From positions 955-64,954 of IMG/VR virus record IMGVR_UViG_3300030434_000006: a stretch of 64,000 nt of DNA; one strand, given 5' to 3'. Shown here one piece after another: positions 28,442 through 37,009 of this stretch (position 1 is its first letter; the number at the start of each line of letters is the position of its first letter). The translations under genes were made by a program, and so were the position numbers. A model generated the notes under the pieces. It worked only from the letters and a program-made list of their open reading frames with translations, did not search any database and had not been told where the DNA came from. Source of the stretch: a virus (Duplodnaviria > Heunggongvirae > Uroviricota > Caudoviricetes).

Positions 28442-29731
28442 ATGACTACACTCGCTCCACTCCAGCAGCTGCAAAATCTCCCTGTATGCAACGTCGATGA
28501 CGATGTTCTGCACCAGGCGTTTGTCACCGCTTACAGCCAGCTTAATTCCATCCGTAAACGCCTGACGCTTGATGACCTGGAGCTGCGCCTCCTTGATAAC
28601 TGCACGAACGCTCTGGAGCAGATCCAGATCGATATCGGCATGCGGCTCAATCATGAGGCTGATACCTACAACCTGCTATTAGACACACTGGAGCAGGTAC
28701 AGCAGCAGCTGGGTGCGCAGTCCGCACTGGTCAACGAAGTAACGAAAATTCGTCTCGATGCCGAGAGCGCCATTGAAGAGGCCCGTGAGTCGGCTACTCA
28801 GCGAGTGCTGGAGGCGGACAACCGCGTAATCAATGCAGAGAATCAGCTTGAGGGTATCAGGTCTGCCCTGACCACCGCGCAGCTGGCGTTTACCTCTGTC
28901 TCACAGGAATATGAACAGTATCGCCGCAAGAATCCTGAGCGCCTGGCGCGAGACCTGAATGAGCGTGACAAAACCATTTCACAGCAGCGCGCCGATCGCA
29001 AAAAAGACAGCCTTAAGCGGCAGGAGCTACAGAGCAAACTCAATATCGCGGATAAGGTTGTCGGAGAAGAGCGCCGCCAGCGCGCCGCAACAGCCAATGA
29101 CCTGATGAAGACGACCGCTCTTTATAACCACCTGAAGGAACGCGTTGAATTTCATGATGGCCGGGAAGATGTGCAGCAGTTCCTTCTTCAGCTGCCGGAT
29201 GGCTCTGGCGACGTGGGCTGCTACATCTACAACTTCCACTTTGGCCTGAGCGTTTTCCACGGTGTCCGGGATGTGTCTATCGAGACGGCTGATTTCCACT
29301 TCCAGATCCGTACCGCGATGATGCTGGCAATGGACGTGGTGCCGGGGATATGGGGCAACCCGGTCTTCCGCCTGCTGCCTGAGCTTGCGCCGATGTGGGA
29401 CACGGCTATCAATGACGAGCTGCACACACGGATCATGAAGCGTCTGGCGCAGGATTTCCCGCGTCTTCACCAACGCATTCTTGACGGCAAGGCTGCGCCT
29501 GTTTCCGAGCTGGCCATACCGACACGCCTCCTTAACGTTCTGACAAAGGCCGGGTATGAGACGGTTGCAGATGCTGGTGGTGAGTTACCTGACGAGCTGG
29601 CAAAAGTGAGGGGGCTGAGTGAGGCCTCAGTCAATGATATTCGTGCTGCCGTGAACAGCTGGTGCATAAAGTGGGCGCAGGCGAACGGCGACATTGAGAA
29701 CATCAGAAACCCCAAAGTAAAACGCCGCTAA
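28442..29731 (+). CDS. coiled-coil protein with C-terminal RNAP alpha-CTD-like helix-hairpin-helix domain
   Basis: 429 aa; long Q/E/R-rich heptad region; C-terminal IPTRLLNVLTKAGYETVADAGGELPDELAKVRGLSEASVNDIRAAV parallels the RpoA CTD (RSANCLKAEAIHYIGDL...LGKKSLTEIKDVL). Confidence 0.4.
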   Translation: MTTLAPLQQLQNLPVCNVDDDVLHQAFVTAYSQLNSIRKRLTLDDLELRLLDNCTNALEQIQIDIGMRLNHEADTYNLLLDTLEQVQQQLGAQSALVNEVTKIRLDAESAIEEARESATQRVLEADNRVINAENQLEGIRSALTTAQLAFTSVSQEYEQYRRKNPERLARDLNERDKTISQQRADRKKDSLKRQELQSKLNIADKVVGEERRQRAATANDLMKTTALYNHLKERVEFHDGREDVQQFLLQLPDGSGDVGCYIYNFHFGLSVFHGVRDVSIETADFHFQIRTAMMLAMDVVPGIWGNPVFRLLPELAPMWDTAINDELHTRIMKRLAQDFPRLHQRILDGKAAPVSELAIPTRLLNVLTKAGYETVADAGGELPDELAKVRGLSEASVNDIRAAVNSWCIKWAQANGDIENIRNPKVKRR

Positions 29732-29753
29732 CCCCTCCCTTCATGCTTTGAAA

Positions 29754-29774
29754 GTCTAAGAGTTTTCTTAGATT
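29754..29774 (+). repeat. 21-bp element GTCTAAGAGTTTTCTTAGATT (right copy, inverted)
   Basis: perfect reverse complement of 28364..28384. Confidence 0.85.
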
Positions 29775-29956
29775 TTCATTGCTTCATTACTCCGTATTGT
29801 GTACATTCCTCCCCGCTGACAAGAGCTTTACGGCTCCGTGCAAAAATCATAATAGGCATTTGGCGGATTACTCATAACTGTCTGTTTAATCCGCTCTTTT
29901 TTCACAAATCAGAGTCTATTCCAGAGTAGGCTTTGCTGTGTGTAGTAGGGTTTTTG

Positions 29957-29982
29957 GCCCGGTAGTTTCCGGGCTTTTTTTT
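29957..29982 (+). terminator. rho-independent terminator
   Basis: gcccgg-tagttt-ccgggc followed by T8. Confidence 0.7.
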
Positions 29983-30160
29983 CAGGTTCAGCCGTGAGTG
30001 CATCAGGGTGTGCTGACGGCTGAAACGGGGAAAACGCTTTAGCAAGCGAGGCAAACGCACTGCAAATCTGGCGAGGTTTCCTGACCTCATACGTGACGCA
30101 AGCGGACAGGTTGACCAGATACCTAAGTGTCCGCGCCGGGTATGCACCGGCAAGTATTCA

Positions 30161-30224
30161 GCAGGTTTAGCTCAGTCGGTAGAGTGTTCCATTGTCGGCG
30201 GTTCAATTCCGTCAACCTGCACCA
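30161..30224 (+). pseudogene. truncated tRNA-like element (acceptor, D-arm and T-arm present; no anticodon arm)
   Basis: 7-bp acceptor GCAGGTT/AACCTGC, D-arm TAGCTCAGTCGGTAGAGT, T-arm GGCGG-TTCAATT-CCGTC, then ACCA; only 11 nt where the anticodon arm should be. Confidence 0.35.
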
Positions 30225-30396
30225 GTTCGTAACGGGCCGCCCCCGGTTATTAGCTTTTTCCGGGTGTGTTATGAGTAGGGTGAACGGCAAGTAGCCCCTC
30301 CTGTCATGGCAGTGAACGCGGTTGATGGACTAATCCCGCGCATAGAACGCCCCATGAGGCTTAAACACGTTCCCGCCTGATCCTCGTAAGGGATCA

Positions 30397-30478
30397 CCAT
30401 TTGTGAGCGCGCTGGTACATCTGACGTTTTACCTGGCGTTTGGCGAAAGATTACCTCTTACAGCGTGCTCACAAATGG
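30397..30478 (+). other. long imperfect hairpin (18-bp arms CCATTTGTGAGCGCGCTG / CAGCGTGCTCACAAATGG) inside the ORF-free GC-rich region
   Basis: 17/18 complementary arms with a 46-nt loop; further long-range complementarity at 30701/30766. Confidence 0.4.
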
Positions 30479-31174
30479 GGGAATGCGGCTATGCGCACGC
30501 GGGACGGAACAGTTACCTGACGTTTTGCAAATTCCTTTACATGACCCGTCCGTAGATTCCGTATCGGACAGCTGGTGGCACCAGCCCCCCATGCGCTACA
30601 CGTCAACACCAGGCGGTGCCCTGTTTACTGGCTAATTTGGCTGGTGGCGGGGCAGGGTATCGGCAGGCCTCAACACGCCGTGGCTGCTGGGAAAGACCAG
30701 CCCACAACGGCGAGGACATTGAAGGGTGACTTAAACGAGCACCCGGCGCGTGGTTGATCAGTGTTCTCGGCCGTTGTGGTGATCGCTTTAACACACCGTA
30801 GGAGTTGTGGATCCGGAATCCACGGGGCGGAAGCCTTGCCTGTGAATTAACACGGGCGGTCAGCGATGGGCTGCGAAAGCAAAGCGGGTTTAAGTCCCGC
30901 CTCAGTGAACAATCGCGTTAACGGGAAACGGTCACCGCAACTCTATTGAACCCGGCCAGTAACGACAAGCCAGCGATCCCTGCTGGTGGCTGAAAGTGGG
31001 GCATTTGGGACATGTGGGTGCGGAGCCTGGGCGTTTTATTTCCTTTTCGTCTATTTGGTTATCCGGTCAACACAGAATGTGCCAGCCAGCGGGATAACGT
31101 CATTGCAGGTTGAGCGCCTGGGCGATTAGTTCTGACAGCTGGAAGAGACAGCATTCCTCCACAAAGGACGCATT

Positions 31175-31303
31175 ATGTCGTTATCAGAGTTTGCTGCAGA
31201 GCACCCATTTCTCACCGTGATTTACGCGCTGGTGGCCATCTATGGCATTGAGACGTTTGTAAAAGCATGGCGAAGTGGGTTGAAAAGAAAACGTCGTCGG
31301 TAG
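31175..31303 (+). CDS. small membrane peptide (42 aa), not in the ORF track
   Basis: MSLSEFAAEHPFLTVIYALVAIYGIETFVKAWRSGLKRKRRR; SD AAGGA; one TM helix and a basic tail. Confidence 0.3.
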   Translation: MSLSEFAAEHPFLTVIYALVAIYGIETFVKAWRSGLKRKRRR

Positions 31304-31376
31304 TGCCTATAGAAAAGGGCGTTGCGCTGTTTTGCATAGTGTCCCTCTCTGAATGTATTACTTGTGAGGACGCAGT

Positions 31377-31580
31377 TTGGCTGGCTTTTACTTGAAACTT
31401 CTTTGCCTGTTATTTATTGGATTCATGGCTTACGGCCATTTAGCGCCGTGGTTAATATCCAGTAAAGACACCGTTCTTTGCATAGCCGGATTTTTTTTAC
31501 TGGCAACCATGCCTGTTTACGCATGGTTAATTTTGAAATGGGTCAGAAAAGTTATTTCTGTATTACTGAAAAGGCATTAA
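31377..31580 (+). CDS. small two-TM membrane protein
   Basis: 67 aa, immediately upstream of the SPFH gene. Confidence 0.35.
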   Translation: MAGFYLKLLCLLFIGFMAYGHLAPWLISSKDTVLCIAGFFLLATMPVYAWLILKWVRKVISVLLKRH

Positions 31581-31583
31581 AGC

Positions 31584-32423
31584 GTGAAAACTAAATTAGT
31601 AATGGCTTCACTGGCAATTGGATCAGCTCTGCTGCTGTCCGGCTGCGAGCGCGTGACCGTTCCGACCGGCTATGTAGGCGTAAAAGTTGAGCTTTATGGT
31701 GATGATAAAGGCGTTCAACAGCAAGAAGTTGGTACCGGGCGTTACTGGCTATCCATGAACGAAGAAATTTATCAATTTCCAACATTTAATCAGCTGTACA
31801 ACTATGATGCACCGTTTGTATTTCAGACAGCAGACTCAATGGATATTAAGGCCAAAGTAGGTGTTGAGTATTACGTTGACCCGACTAAAGTCACGTCAAT
31901 TTTCCAGAAATACCGAAAAGGCGTTGAAGAAATAACCGAAATTAACATTCGCCAGAACATTAGCGATGCGTTAATTAATCACTCTGGCCGTATGGATATT
32001 AATTCCCTTGCTGCTGGTGGCAAAACTGAACTGCTAAATGCAGTTACAGCTGATTTGAAAGCTAAACTCGATCCGCTGGGGATTCGCATCGTTAAGCTGT
32101 CATGGATTAGCGATCTCGAATACCCGCAAAAGGTTAAAGAGTCGATTAACGCTAAGATTGAAGCAACTCAGCGCGCTCTGCTGCGTGAAAACGAAATTCA
32201 GCAGTCAAAAGCGGAAGCACAAAAGGCTATCGAGATCGCCCGTGGTGAAGCGGATGCAACGATGCTGCACGCTAAAGCTGAATCAGCTGCTATCGCTATG
32301 CGTGGTGAAGCCCTGCGCCAGAACCCTGAAGTTTTGCAGCTGGAGGGCATTAATAAGTGGAACGGTACACTGCCACAATACATGGGTAATGGCACACCAA
32401 TGCCATTTATCAGCGTTAAGTAG
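31584..32423 (+). CDS. SPFH/band-7 domain lipoprotein
   Basis: 279 aa; signal peptide with lipobox LLSGC; stomatin/HflK-like core and a C-terminal coiled coil. Confidence 0.65.
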   Translation: MKTKLVMASLAIGSALLLSGCERVTVPTGYVGVKVELYGDDKGVQQQEVGTGRYWLSMNEEIYQFPTFNQLYNYDAPFVFQTADSMDIKAKVGVEYYVDPTKVTSIFQKYRKGVEEITEINIRQNISDALINHSGRMDINSLAAGGKTELLNAVTADLKAKLDPLGIRIVKLSWISDLEYPQKVKESINAKIEATQRALLRENEIQQSKAEAQKAIEIARGEADATMLHAKAESAAIAMRGEALRQNPEVLQLEGINKWNGTLPQYMGNGTPMPFISVK

Positions 32424-33163
32424 TGATTCAGGGCTTCTCCGGAAGCCCGATACTTCACAACAGGTAATAGCATTGGCGTGACAGCCTCATAAGCTAATCC
32501 ATGCAGCCGACGGATAATCCCCAGTCGATCCGTTCAGTGCTATTTCCGTTGTGGTGCATTCGCAGTTGCTGCTGCGATCGCAAGACTGGCCCCCGCTTCT
32601 TCAGTCGCGTACACAGGGGTTAAAGCCGCCAGTAACCAGGTTGACCAGTCACTTGAGAGGTTATTTGCCGGGTATGGCACCGGCCACCACTAACGCTTTG
32701 CCTGATATATCAGGCATCATCAGTGACCATACAGTCAGTTTATCCGGATGCAGAGCGCATGAGTGACAGCACTTACACAAAGACCATCAGAGCCATGCAG
32801 TTTGTCATGTTTCACTGTCTGCTTAATGCCGGACTGTTTGCCGGTCACAAATGGCTTATCGCGCAGCTGGTTGCGGGGTGAGACAGGACAACAGGTAAGA
32901 GCGCCAGCAATGTGCTTTTACCGTTGTGTTGTCGCTTAAAGGAAGCAACCGCCGTTCCATGTAACAGCCGTAAGGCCTGATGGGGACAGACGGACGGTAG
33001 CCGGTTCGAATCCGGTCAGCACAATGCCATTACAGCCACCCGGCCACGCGCCGGCGCAGGCTTCAAATTATCGCCGTGCGTATCCCACGCCGGATTTAAC
33101 CAGGTGAACTTTAATCACCGGCGCCTGCCGGGGATTCTGCACGCCTGCAGGAAGAGAAAACGC

Positions 33164-33391
33164 ATGAAGAAGATCGCACTGATGGGCGCAATTATGGGAA
33201 GCCTCAGCTGGGTTGCCCGCCGTCCGCCGACCGTTCCGGTCCCGCAGGTAAGAACGCTGCTGGTGGATGAGACCCGTCCACCCGTGCAGGAAGAGATCGA
33301 ACAGGGAATACGTCGTTTGGCCACAAGCAATACAGACGTGAAGAAGCAAAGACAGGCAGCGCAGAAGCGCAAGCAGAAACGGGGCTACTGA
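33164..33391 (+). CDS. small basic protein
   Basis: 75 aa from internal ATG (SD AGGAAGAG); KKQRQAAQKRKQKRGY tail. Confidence 0.3.
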   Translation: MKKIALMGAIMGSLSWVARRPPTVPVPQVRTLLVDETRPPVQEEIEQGIRRLATSNTDVKKQRQAAQKRKQKRGY

Positions 33392-33393
33392 TA

Positions 33394-33978
33394 ATGATGA
33401 CCGCTCAACAATTAAATGCAACGATCGCCATGATTGCAGACGCAGAAGCCGACTATGCAGGCGATTACATGGCGCTGCTGGCTGTCATTGCCCGCTTGGG
33501 ATACACCATTACAGAGACGTCTGAGACCAAAACTGACGGATACGCAGCCGTTATCAGCAAAAGCGGCCTGACTATGACCGGTTTTGGCGAAACCCTGAAC
33601 CACGCCGCCTGTGCCGCGCTGATTAAGCTGAATGATCTTATCCTGCGCAACGAAGCGATGATTGATACCGGTGAACTGAGTTTCAGGCAGGAGCAAGCAC
33701 CGCTGGCCGTCGCGCAGCTGTGGCTGTCTGAGGGCTGCAAAGTGGCGAGGGCAACATGGGGGAAGGGCGTTCATCTGCGCCTCACCAGAGGGCTGACACG
33801 CGCAGCACTGAATGGATCAGACATGTATGGCGTACCGGCCCGCTACTTTGATTGCAGCCAGGATGTGGCCGTAACGCAGATGCCCCAGCTTTTGCTCATT
33901 GATACCGAAAAGCTAACGGTTTCCGACTGGGCGCCAGCCTCAACAGATCTTCTCGCAAGCGACTGGAGGCTGGTGTAG
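33394..33978 (+). CDS. two-domain protein with C-terminal DUF2829/Tad2-like domain
   Basis: 194 aa; EGCKVARATWGKGVHLRL and SDWAPASTDLLASDWRLV resemble Tad2 motifs QGKKVARKGWNGKGMYL and PWLASQTDLLAEDWEIV (recalled). Confidence 0.4.
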   Translation: MMTAQQLNATIAMIADAEADYAGDYMALLAVIARLGYTITETSETKTDGYAAVISKSGLTMTGFGETLNHAACAALIKLNDLILRNEAMIDTGELSFRQEQAPLAVAQLWLSEGCKVARATWGKGVHLRLTRGLTRAALNGSDMYGVPARYFDCSQDVAVTQMPQLLLIDTEKLTVSDWAPASTDLLASDWRLV

Positions 33979-34376
33979 TGGAAACAGTTAAAATCAGTGA
34001 CCTGCCAGCGCTGGAATGGCGCGCTGCCAACTGCCAAATTACGTCTGTCTCCTGTAAACGCAGTTATCCCAGTGCCGGTACAGAAACTTCGGCTATGAGC
34101 GTCGGAGGCACGGTGACGCTCGAACTCCGAAAGAACTGTGGTGTGCGTTTCGCATGGCGGGCAGAGCAGCTGGTGGAGCATTTCGGTTCTACTCCCGGAT
34201 TTGCCTACAGCGTGGACGCCGCGAAAGCTGGTACATCTCAGCAACTGATTTTTGTGGGTGATGCAGGGGGGCATGTGCCATTAAGCGATTACAGCGCAGT
34301 CATCCAGCAGTTAGGAAGTGACATAGTAACTTTGTGGTCCCCGACCGTCAGCCACTACCTGAGAAGCCTCCGCTGA
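33978..34376 (+). CDS. hypothetical protein
   Basis: 132 aa, start overlaps the previous stop. Confidence 0.3.
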   Translation: METVKISDLPALEWRAANCQITSVSCKRSYPSAGTETSAMSVGGTVTLELRKNCGVRFAWRAEQLVEHFGSTPGFAYSVDAAKAGTSQQLIFVGDAGGHVPLSDYSAVIQQLGSDIVTLWSPTVSHYLRSLR

Positions 34377-34728
34377 CAGCCTGATACATGATCTACCGGG
34401 TGAAGATGCTCACCCGGCACCGGCAGCAATCCACACATCGCATAAACTCTAAGTAAAAAATTCGGGTTTACAGTGATAATCCCTCTGAAAACTATATTTA
34501 TAGGCGGTCCAGTTATGCGGTATCGAGCGTACTGAAATGCACTGCCAGTACTGCGATCGTCATTCACTCATACAGCCACCAGCCAGTTTAGGCATGCGCC
34601 GTTCGCCCCCGGAATCGTCTCTAAAACGCACTTATACCTGCTAATAATGGCGATATTTAAACCATTACCACTTGTGCAGATTATACAATCCTTAGAATTG
34701 CTTGTAGTAAATTCAAGCGGAGCAGTAT

Positions 34729-35136
34729 ATGGAGCAAAAGGTGAGCAGTATAGAGGTGGCCGATCTGTTGATTCGCAGAAAGGACTACATGACCGTGGCC
34801 GAAGTCACTAAGCTGGTGGAAACGGAATACCCGCACCTGTTGGTGAACACCGGCATTATCTCGAATATCCTGCGCTCCTTTGTCCGTTCGCCGTTCGCAC
34901 AATGCCGGGTACATCCCGATGCCTATCCCCGGCAGTATCGCCTGGAGGCCATGAACGGCTACATCTTCAAGGTGCGGGGAAGAAAGGATCTTAATTACGA
35001 CTCGCTGTGTGTGGAAAGCGCCACAAAGCGTGTGCTGCAGAAGAAGGAAATGGAACAGCTGTCGGTATGCGCGCTGGCGCGGCAACTGATGGATATGTGC
35101 AGACGGGGAAGGATGGAAAATGCCCCGCTCATGTGA
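34729..35136 (+). CDS. hypothetical protein, possible small DNA-binding regulator
   Basis: 135 aa; same orientation as, and upstream of, the pacA-like gene. Confidence 0.25.
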   Translation: MEQKVSSIEVADLLIRRKDYMTVAEVTKLVETEYPHLLVNTGIISNILRSFVRSPFAQCRVHPDAYPRQYRLEAMNGYIFKVRGRKDLNYDSLCVESATKRVLQKKEMEQLSVCALARQLMDMCRRGRMENAPLM

Positions 35137-35151
35137 ACGGGGCAGAGCGGC

Positions 35152-35694
35152 TTAGCCTGAAACTCTGTGGCGTTGCAGCTTTAAGGCGCTTGATGTAACA
35201 CCTTTGGGTGCTTCTTCTACACGCTTGGATGAATTGTCATCCGGATTATGAGTAACGCTAACCGCCTCCGGCTGACTCTCGGCCTGTGCTGGTTGAGCAG
35301 CTTCGCTGGAAGGCTTCTCAGCCTGTACCGGTTGAGCCTTTTCAGCTGGTGACGCTCCAACGACAGCGGCTGCTGGTTCTGCCACTGGTGCCTGTACCGG
35401 CTGCATACCCGGCGTCGTTGGAGTGATTTCACCCAGCGTGACGCTGATTAGCGAAAGCAGACGCTGCAGCCGCTCACGCTTGGTCATTGTCATGAACGTA
35501 TCACCATACGTCTCTTCCATCAGCGCGAGGATTGGTGCAAGCCCCATCTGCTCCACTGCATAGCCCGAACGAATAACGTTTATCACAAAGGCGCGCTTTG
35601 CGGGATTCGTCTTCAGCTTGTTATAGTCTTCGAGCATAGAGCGGCTGAACAGCCCGCCTTCCTCCAGCCCGGTAAATTTAATCACCTGTGCCAT
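35152..35694 (-). CDS. parR: ParR-like partition adaptor
   Basis: 180 aa directly downstream of parM, separated by 2 nt; structured N-terminus, then a disordered P/A/Q-rich C-terminus. Confidence 0.45.
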   Translation of the reverse strand: MAQVIKFTGLEEGGLFSRSMLEDYNKLKTNPAKRAFVINVIRSGYAVEQMGLAPILALMEETYGDTFMTMTKRERLQRLLSLISVTLGEITPTTPGMQPVQAPVAEPAAAVVGASPAEKAQPVQAEKPSSEAAQPAQAESQPEAVSVTHNPDDNSSKRVEEAPKGVTSSALKLQRHRVSG

Positions 35695-35696
35695 AG

Positions 35697-36824
35697 TTAG
35701 CCCTTCTCGTTGGTCCGGCTACGAATATCGCTTACAGACGCCGCACTACTGATATCAGCCAGAATATCGGCCTCAGAGGCCTGCAGCGCCAGATAGACGC
35801 CACGCGCAATAGCCATTTCAGGGTTATTCGGCACAACAACAACATCATGCCAGCCATCGGTGTGATCGGTCAGTCCTGGCAGCTTGCCAGCGATATAGTT
35901 AGCGCCGCCACCAACAACCAGAACAACGTCAACATCGCGGGTATTACGGTGAAGCGCACGCACGTCCTGCCAGATTTTCTCTGCCAGCTCAGATGCGGCC
36001 TGGTTGATGACTTCACTGATATCAATACGCTTCGATTTAGCGCTTTCCAGACGGGAGCCGATATAGCCCTGACGAATGATGGCATCAACGCTATCAACGC
36101 TGAGATCGGATGCGCCGAACGATTTACCCAGCTTTTCTTCAAACTCTGGCAGCAGCGCATGTACACGCTCGATCATCTTCTGAACGCCGTGCTCATAGCT
36201 GGCCTTTTTCACAGGCATCAGGTCTTTATCAACCAGGGCGATATCACAGGTAAAGCGTCCCAGGTCTACTACCAGCGTCTGCTCAGCGTCAGCCAGCTCC
36301 GGATTATCAGCCTGTGCCGAAACGATGGCAGGAACGGCTTCAGGGAATACTTCGACGTGAATGATGTTAGCCGGTTCGCTACCGTCGCGGTAATTGGTGA
36401 CAGGCGTCTTCAGGCTGGCAACCTTCTCACGGATACGGGCTTCGTTAATCACACCCATAGCGCTGTAGAACTGATTCACCGGCAGCGTTTCACCAATGAT
36501 CACATCACGGCCGCCGAGGCCAGCACGGTGCAGTGCATCGGCAATCAGGACGCGGTGAGCGGGTGAGACCTGATAGTTAGGGTCGCAGGTGTCATACAGG
36601 TCATAGCCTTTCTTCATGACGGTGTAGGCGCGTTCTTTGCCGCTGGCATCCGTTGTCAGCCACGTTGACTGGGATTCAGCCGCGAAAGACTGCTGGTGGC
36701 CTTCCAGTATCAGTGAAGGGGTGACAGAGGTGATCCAGCGCCCTGTGCCATCTTCAGCATAAGTCAGCGCTACGTTGCCAGAGCCTGCGTCTACTGCCAC
36801 TAAAACAGCTTTATTCTTAGTCAT
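35697..36824 (-). CDS. parM: ParM/StbA actin-like plasmid segregation ATPase
   Basis: 375 aa; N-terminal VAVDAGSGNV phosphate-1 motif and actin-fold spacing (DLGRFTCD, VVGGGANY). Confidence 0.65.
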   Translation of the reverse strand: MTKNKAVLVAVDAGSGNVALTYAEDGTGRWITSVTPSLILEGHQQSFAAESQSTWLTTDASGKERAYTVMKKGYDLYDTCDPNYQVSPAHRVLIADALHRAGLGGRDVIIGETLPVNQFYSAMGVINEARIREKVASLKTPVTNYRDGSEPANIIHVEVFPEAVPAIVSAQADNPELADAEQTLVVDLGRFTCDIALVDKDLMPVKKASYEHGVQKMIERVHALLPEFEEKLGKSFGASDLSVDSVDAIIRQGYIGSRLESAKSKRIDISEVINQAASELAEKIWQDVRALHRNTRDVDVVLVVGGGANYIAGKLPGLTDHTDGWHDVVVVPNNPEMAIARGVYLALQASEADILADISSAASVSDIRSRTNEKG

Positions 36825-36834
36825 TTAATTTTAT

Positions 36835-36850
36835 CCAGTGGTTAATTTCA
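36835..36850 (-). promoter_or_regulatory. TGAAATTAACCACTGG element 10 nt upstream of the parM start (family copy b)
   Basis: identical to the 57099..57114 copy. Confidence 0.45.
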
Positions 36851-36931
36851 TACTACGAACGAGGAATCAAAGTACCACATATTCCGGTTTTGTCCATTAG
36901 TAAGGCACCAAAACGGCGCGTTAGCTGCGAT

Positions 36932-36953
36932 AGTGATCATTAATGTGATCACT
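36932..36953. promoter_or_regulatory. palindrome AGTGATCA-TTAATG-TGATCACT with two GATC sites
   Basis: perfect 8-bp arms; lies in the parM / pacA divergent intergenic region. Confidence 0.4.
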
Positions 36954-36956
36954 ACA

Positions 36957-36974
36957 AATTACAGACTCCATACC
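36957..36974 (+). promoter_or_regulatory. late-operon conserved element AATTACAGACTCCATACC (copy 4)
   Basis: ends 35 nt before the pacA-like ATG at 37010. Confidence 0.5.
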
Positions 36975-37009
36975 ATCCCGGTTTATTGGCCTCTTTTGAA
37001 CGATAAACC

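Noticed and set aside
32935-33028. tRNA-like 3-prime end (GCCGG-TTCGAAT-CCGGT T-arm and a 7-bp acceptor candidate)
   Set aside because: Span is about 91 nt with no convincing D or anticodon arm, and the 5-prime end starts with T; at most a fragment or att-like remnant
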